A DNA stretch of 30,705 nt from a virus (taxonomy: Duplodnaviria > Caudoviricetes): the IMG/VR virus record IMGVR_UViG_3300037246_000955, positions 1 through 30,705 of that record; one strand, 5' to 3'. Numbering within the stretch: the stretch's first letter is position 1; each line of letters starts with the position of its first letter. The position numbers and the translations under genes are program-made. This document shows positions 26,414 through 30,705 of the stretch, piece after piece. The notes beneath the pieces are model-generated. The model did not search any database. It was given only the letters and a program-made list of their open reading frames with translations, and was not told where the DNA came from.

Positions 26414-26471
26414 TTGCCTCCATGTCTATCCACCAACTCTACCGAAGTGGACAACGTTTGTCAAATTTATT
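26414..26471 (-). promoter_or_regulatory. Sigma70-type promoter plus RBS cassette, copy B
   Basis: Minus strand AATAAATTTGACAAACG-N11-GGTAGAGT-N5-GATAGACATGGAGGCAA: TTGACA (26459-26464), 17 bp, TAGAGT (26436-26441). Confidence 0.8.
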
Positions 26472-27036
26472 TGAACGCTTTCGTCGCCTTGACCAACCAC
26501 GAAACATCGAAATCTCTGACGAATTTTTCCTGCTCCTTCGTCTCTACAGCGTGATGGCTGTACAAGTTTCTGATCCCGGCAACATAATCACTCGGATGCC
26601 GCTGCCACCATCGAGTCGTCGCTCGGTGCGCTACCTTTATCAGTAGTGCCAGAAACATTCCGGTGCGGCCCTTGCCACCCCAGCAACCAACATACGGAAC
26701 AATCCCGCCCTTCATCAACACGATAGTGCTAATTAGGGCACTCTCGATCAGCTTAGGATTCGGGACACTGAAATCTTTAATCGGACAATCCACCATAAAC
26801 GGCAGATCAAGCTCTGCGGCCAACTTAATGCCCGGTTGCGTCGGCGGCTTCTCTTTGTACGGACCTGCCGATATTGGACACGTTCCCCACGGAAACAGTA
26901 TCGCAAACGTCTTCGGCTTCTGCTCAAAATACTGTCCAATTGATTGGACGGTGTTCTGCTCAGGCAAATCGAAATACTCGTCGTACTGACGATTCACTCT
27001 GTTATGCCGATCATTCAAATACTTGGAGCGGCTCAT
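26467..27036 (-). CDS. CX5R protein-tyrosine/dual-specificity family phosphatase 2
   Basis: P-loop YVGCWGGKGRTG, acid loop IKDFSVP, Q-loop AVETKEQ; start likelier ATG 27036 than the track's 27099. Confidence 0.9.
   Translation of the reverse strand: MSRSKYLNDRHNRVNRQYDEYFDLPEQNTVQSIGQYFEQKPKTFAILFPWGTCPISAGPYKEKPPTQPGIKLAAELDLPFMVDCPIKDFSVPNPKLIESALISTIVLMKGGIVPYVGCWGGKGRTGMFLALLIKVAHRATTRWWQRHPSDYVAGIRNLYSHHAVETKEQEKFVRDFDVSWLVKATKAFK
26934..26949. promoter_or_regulatory. Palindrome copy 4, GTCCAATTGATTGGAC
   Basis: Exact 16-bp copy inside the 5' part of phosphatase 2. Confidence 0.65.
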
Positions 27037-27108
27037 TTTATTCGTGCCCCCCAAACCAATCGATAGTTCGATAATTCCAATACGCATCGATTTTCGCAAA
27101 ATAGATTG

Positions 27109-27161
27109 AGCGACCGTGCGTGATTTCCCACAGAAAAGCGTGGGTCACGTAATAGGTCGCT
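27109..27161. other. Intergenic three-segment stem-loop (candidate structured RNA or processing site)
   Basis: AGCGACC/GGTCGCT, CGTGA/TCACG and CCCAC/GTGGG nested pairings. Confidence 0.55.
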
Positions 27162-27192
27162 TGCAGATTTTCCCAAAATGAATGTTTCACGT

Positions 27193-27627
27193 TTACCTCC
27201 GTGATTTACGTTTATTCATTCCACCATTCTGCCTGAATGGTTCACGTTTGTCAATGGCCGCACAATGCTGACAGGGCCATTCCTGCCGCTTGGCTTTCCG
27301 GCAAAATGCAATCTCGCATTTCCCATCGCAACCAAAACATCCCTCGTACACTATGAACTTTCGCGTGTCTCCACACTCAGCGCACAACGGTTCGTAATAA
27401 GATAATTGCTCCAGTCGATTGCTCTCCACAGTCAACAAGAGGTCACCGTAACGACGATTGCCCTCGGGGTGAGTAATGGGTGCCGACAGATAGATCGCTT
27501 CCCTGAGCCAATCTAGGGCGCTTGAGCCTTCTGCATAGCCCATCTTTTGAACCCACTTCAACCAGCTGAGCGGGATTCTAACTCCCTGCGGACTGCTGGT
27601 CTTTCTTTTTCCGATATACAATGCCAC
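27193..27627 (-). CDS. Cys-rich zinc-finger hypothetical protein
   Basis: SAPITHPEGNRRY, then CAEC, CFGC, C-x4-C, CQHC; true start may be downstream of 27627. Confidence 0.7.
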   Translation of the reverse strand: MALYIGKRKTSSPQGVRIPLSWLKWVQKMGYAEGSSALDWLREAIYLSAPITHPEGNRRYGDLLLTVESNRLEQLSYYEPLCAECGDTRKFIVYEGCFGCDGKCEIAFCRKAKRQEWPCQHCAAIDKREPFRQNGGMNKRKSRR

Positions 27628-27895
27628 GGTCGATATTGATCCTTCTCGGTGCTTCGATCACAACCTTCACGCCATGCCGCTTAATGTCAGCGCCAGTCCC
27701 GGCGCTCACCCTCACTGACTGCATAATTTCTACAGCTTGCTGATCGGTTACCTCCACGATCTTGTGCAGTGCTGGCTGATAGACTTTCAGCTTAAAGCAA
27801 AACTCGTGTCGAATCTCATGCAATTCCACCCGTACATCATCGACATAAAAATCGTTGTACGGCTCGTCTGGATAAAGCTCTAATACCAGTCCCAT
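27578..27895 (-). CDS. CsrA-like putative translational regulator
   Basis: N-terminal MGLVL and C-terminal VKVVIEAPRRINIDRGIVY resemble CsrA MLILTR and VRIGVNAPKEVSVHREEIY, with a long internal insertion. Confidence 0.55.
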   Translation of the reverse strand: MGLVLELYPDEPYNDFYVDDVRVELHEIRHEFCFKLKVYQPALHKIVEVTDQQAVEIMQSVRVSAGTGADIKRHGVKVVIEAPRRINIDRGIVYRKKKDQQSAGS

Positions 27896-27896
27896 G

Positions 27897-28343
27897 CTAA
27901 ACCTCCATGCTCAATGCCTCTAGCGCCCTGCGGGTCACTTTCCAAATTGATCCCCCCTTCGTTCCGGGTCGAGCTTCCACTCGTTCGATCAAACCTTTGT
28001 GCATCAACACGATCAACTGGCTCGATACGTCTGACGTATTCTGCCCGCTCACCCCACACAAATCTCTGGTCGTTACAGTCTCCGGGTACATCGAGGCGAC
28101 GTGCCCCAGACACTTCTTCAATTTCGTGCCCTGCTCGGGCATCTTGAACTCGCGCTTCGGTTGCGTGTGGATTCGATAACCCCCGTCTGGCAATTTCGCC
28201 CAAACGTATCGATACAGGCCGCACATACAACGCTGCACAATATCCATATCTGTCACTTCGTACCAAGCCCTGCTGTGGCATTTCGGGCACTCGTCCCGTT
28301 CGTTCATGACACGTGGCTGCTTCCGCACAATAGTGACTGCCAT
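27897..28343 (-). CDS. Zn-ribbon plus winged-helix putative transcription regulator
   Basis: CPKC...CMCG, then TTRDLCGVSGQNTSDVSSQLIVLMHKGLIERV...GGSIWKVT; RBS GAGGGG. Confidence 0.75.
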   Translation of the reverse strand: MAVTIVRKQPRVMNERDECPKCHSRAWYEVTDMDIVQRCMCGLYRYVWAKLPDGGYRIHTQPKREFKMPEQGTKLKKCLGHVASMYPETVTTRDLCGVSGQNTSDVSSQLIVLMHKGLIERVEARPGTKGGSIWKVTRRALEALSMEV

Positions 28344-28349
28344 ATCCCC

Positions 28350-30479
28350 TCACTTGAGCACGTCGAACACTAAGCGACTCTGCGAGACAGCTTTCGGCTT
28401 TTCCCGAACCGGATTACCTGAATCCGCCATCATCTTAAACAGCTTCGCGGCGACGTGCTCGCCTCCGATTTCCTTAGCAAAACCCTCGTCAATGACAACA
28501 ATGCCATCGCTATCCAGCAACTCTTGCAAATTCGTCACTCTGGAAACCACTTTCCAACCATTCTTTCGAAGTTGGTCAATCTCCTGAGTCACGCAGTGCT
28601 GTGAAGGCACTAAAACTGCTATCTTCTTCAATTGGCTCAACCCTTTCGTGTAAATCAATGTGGCCAAGCGTTCTTTCAGAGCAGTCGTGTCGAGGACATT
28701 ACCTGACTCTCCAACCAGTTTCCAGAGCATCTCGTCCGACGACAACTTCTCTTCCCCTGAAATCGTCAGATCGATGTAGCACTCTGTGATCGAATCGTCC
28801 TCGTTCGCCTTGATCAAAAAGTCTTTGAATTGCTTGCTGTCACTACCTTCTGTCGTAATATAGCGGTTCTCGAACACCGAGTCATCAATGTGCGATCTAA
28901 TCAAAACATTGTTGGCATCTTTCAATGCCCACTCCAGAATTTTGGATGCAACTGGATCAACTTTGCCCTTCGTTAGCGGCAACTCTTCAAGCCAAACGCG
29001 CCCGGTGCTGCCATCTATCGTGATCTTCTGAGGAAATCCAGACAGATCAGGTAAATCTGTGCACCCGACTACGCAGTGCTTCTCAAGCGACCGTCCAACA
29101 ACTGCCGCGTGGCTGGTAGCTCCACCGGTTCGGGTCAGAATGCCAACACTTGCGGCCATTCCACCGAAATCTTCTGGCGTCGTCTCGTCAGTAACCAAAA
29201 TCACCGGCTTATCTTTGCCGACGAGCTTAGCTTGCTCTGCGGTCGTAACCACATGGCCTACAACGAATCCCCCACCAGCTGCAATACCCTTGTATTGATG
29301 CGGCGGCGTCTCGCCCTTGACCCTAATCTTCTTCATCGCCATGTACTGCTTGGCGGAAACCCGGCTAACAGCGTCAGCCTGACTAATCAAACCCTCGAAT
29401 GCCATGTCATGAGCAATTTTGAAAGCTGCTTTCGCGCTTCTCTTGCCAATCCGGCACTGGAGCATCCAGAGCTTCCCATCTTCGACGGTAAACTCCAAAT
29501 CCATCATATCGCGGTAGTGCTCTTCTAATTTCTCGGCGTACATCAGCAACTCAGCTGCTGTATCCGCACCGAACGCTTCCAACTCACTGATTGGATTCGG
29601 CGTCACTACCCCGGCAACCACGTCCTCTCCCTGTGCATTCACAAGGAATTCGCCCATCAATTCGGCCTCGCCGGTCGCTGGGTCTCTGGTGAAACAAACA
29701 CCGGAGCAGGACTCTTCATTCTTGTTGCCAAAAACCATCATCTGAATGTTCACGGCAGTGCCCATGCTATTCGGAATATCGTGCATCTCACGGTATTCGA
29801 TAGCTCTCGGGCTGTCCCATGAATCAAATACTGCCCGTATTGACCCCAGCAACTGCTGCTTCAACGTCTCGGGAAATCCCTTGTTGTTGAACGTCATATA
29901 CAGGGTTTCGAAATTCTCTTTCGCCTTTTTCATGTGCTTGAGACTCAAAATCATCTCAGCTTCGTTCGCTGGCGGCGCTGGCAGGTTGTACTTGTACGTC
30001 AACAACCAGCCCCACTCTTTCGAAAATTCCTTGGATTCCATCGACGCAACGGTAGTGCCATACATCTGCACCTGTCGGCGGCGGCAATCAAGAGTGGCCA
30101 ATAAGCCCAGCTTATCTGCCCACTCGTCAAAATTATGATTCGTCAGCCCGATGTTCAACAGGGTGTCCATCATCCCCGGCATCGAGTGCTTAGCACCTGA
30201 CCTGACTGACCAGAGGGGCATGTAGCCCAACTCTTCTTCAATCTCCAGCAACGCTGGCATCACGTGGTCATCAATCAAGTCGCACAAAAATCCGGTCGTC
30301 TCAGCGACCTCTTTCATTGCGCGGTATTCGTTGCAGACGGTCGTCGGAATCGTGATCCCAAAAGGAACCGGCATTCCGAGATTCGCCATCTCAGCTAAAT
30401 TCGCTCCCTTACCACCGAGCAAATCAGACATGGTGGCATCGCCATCAGTCTTAAATCCAAATTTTGCAATATCGGTCAT
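28350..30479 (-). CDS. PPDK-like dikinase: ATP-grasp and phospho-His domains, no pyruvate-binding barrel
   Basis: LGGKGANLAEM, SVRSGA..SMPGMMDT, MVFGN, GEFLVNAQGEDVVAG, DLEFTVE..LWMLQCR, TTPEDFGGM, GGATSHAAVV (His457), IDGSTG. The last ~200 aa lack GIGLxRTEHM and FGTNDLTQ. Confidence 0.93.
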   Translation of the reverse strand: MTDIAKFGFKTDGDATMSDLLGGKGANLAEMANLGMPVPFGITIPTTVCNEYRAMKEVAETTGFLCDLIDDHVMPALLEIEEELGYMPLWSVRSGAKHSMPGMMDTLLNIGLTNHNFDEWADKLGLLATLDCRRRQVQMYGTTVASMESKEFSKEWGWLLTYKYNLPAPPANEAEMILSLKHMKKAKENFETLYMTFNNKGFPETLKQQLLGSIRAVFDSWDSPRAIEYREMHDIPNSMGTAVNIQMMVFGNKNEESCSGVCFTRDPATGEAELMGEFLVNAQGEDVVAGVVTPNPISELEAFGADTAAELLMYAEKLEEHYRDMMDLEFTVEDGKLWMLQCRIGKRSAKAAFKIAHDMAFEGLISQADAVSRVSAKQYMAMKKIRVKGETPPHQYKGIAAGGGFVVGHVVTTAEQAKLVGKDKPVILVTDETTPEDFGGMAASVGILTRTGGATSHAAVVGRSLEKHCVVGCTDLPDLSGFPQKITIDGSTGRVWLEELPLTKGKVDPVASKILEWALKDANNVLIRSHIDDSVFENRYITTEGSDSKQFKDFLIKANEDDSITECYIDLTISGEEKLSSDEMLWKLVGESGNVLDTTALKERLATLIYTKGLSQLKKIAVLVPSQHCVTQEIDQLRKNGWKVVSRVTNLQELLDSDGIVVIDEGFAKEIGGEHVAAKLFKMMADSGNPVREKPKAVSQSRLVFDVLK

Positions 30480-30488
30480 TTTTACCTC

Positions 30489-30698
30489 TTAACGCGGCAG
30501 ACGGGTGATGCAAAATGATTTGCGGCTTACAGCATACGGCGGCTGAGATTCAATGGTCACTCGATAGCGCCCTAAAATGCTGCAACGTCGAATTCGAATA
30601 TCTTGGACTTCAACTTTTACGATTTTGCCACGGAAAGTCGAATTTCCTTTTTTGACAGCAAAATCAGCACCAACAGCATTTTTAGCAGATCGGCTCAT
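30489..30698 (-). CDS. Small basic hypothetical protein
   Basis: 69 aa ending just before the TAAGAGGT RBS of the dikinase; start is at the window edge and may extend further. Confidence 0.5.
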   Translation of the reverse strand: MSRSAKNAVGADFAVKKGNSTFRGKIVKVEVQDIRIRRCSILGRYRVTIESQPPYAVSRKSFCITRLPR

Positions 30699-30705
30699 GC
30701 GATCT

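Larger units (their letters stand above)
1..30705 (-). mobile_element. Tailed bacteriophage genome segment (siphovirus-like; PBSX/XkdE-F-G-like head module, PolA replication gene)
   Basis: Co-oriented, abutting or overlapping minus-strand genes in the order portal, MuF, protease, scaffold, capsid, neck, tail tube, chaperone, tape measure; no sheath or baseplate wedge genes seen; no host housekeeping genes or integrase in the window. Confidence 0.97.

Noticed and set aside
8174-26949. Palindromic repeat as a CRISPR repeat or att site
   Set aside because: Copies are only 16 bp and kilobases apart with no regular spacers; no cas or integrase genes are present.
27880-28353. 157-aa alternative-frame ORF overlapping the wHTH gene
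   Set aside because: The 27897..28343 frame has an RBS and coherent Zn-ribbon and wHTH motifs; the alternative has none.
28350-30479. Calling this gene ppdK, a carbon-metabolism auxiliary gene
   Set aside because: The C-terminal pyruvate/PEP-binding domain motifs are missing, so canonical activity is unsupported.
1-30705. Stop-codon recoding, introns or inteins
   Set aside because: Genes tile densely in the standard code using TAA, TAG and TGA as stops; polA and the dikinase show no large insertions.

Overview
The whole 30.7 kb window is a dense, single-strand (minus) segment of a tailed dsDNA phage genome with a long non-contractile (siphovirus-type) tail; no host genes, integrase, tRNA or CRISPR array are visible. 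Read in the direction of transcription (right to left) it holds: (1) an early/accessory module with a pyruvate phosphate dikinase (PPDK)-like enzyme that keeps the ATP-grasp and phospho-histidine domains but lacks the pyruvate-binding domain, a Zn-ribbon/wHTH regulator, a CsrA-like protein, two CX5R (PTP/dual-specificity) phosphatases and two unknown ~300-350 aa proteins, each behind a near-identical sigma70-type promoter cassette; (2) a family A DNA polymerase with a degenerate N-terminal uracil-DNA-glycosylase-like segment; (3) a PBSX-like head module (portal, MuF fused to a VIP2-type ADP-ribosyltransferase plus an uncalled 58-aa downstream ORF, XkdF-type protease apparently split from its last motif, scaffold, major capsid), with no terminase next to the portal; (4) neck and tail genes, a -1 frameshift tail chaperone, tape measure, and three Ig-like/lectin-like distal tail proteins, the last missing from the ORF track because it runs off the window. 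A 16-bp palindrome GTCCAATTGATTGGAC recurs four times. The best candidate for an undescribed system is the truncated dikinase plus twin phosphatase cluster, a possible phage writer/eraser phosphorylation system with an unknown substrate. All family calls come from motif recognition by eye; no searches were run.
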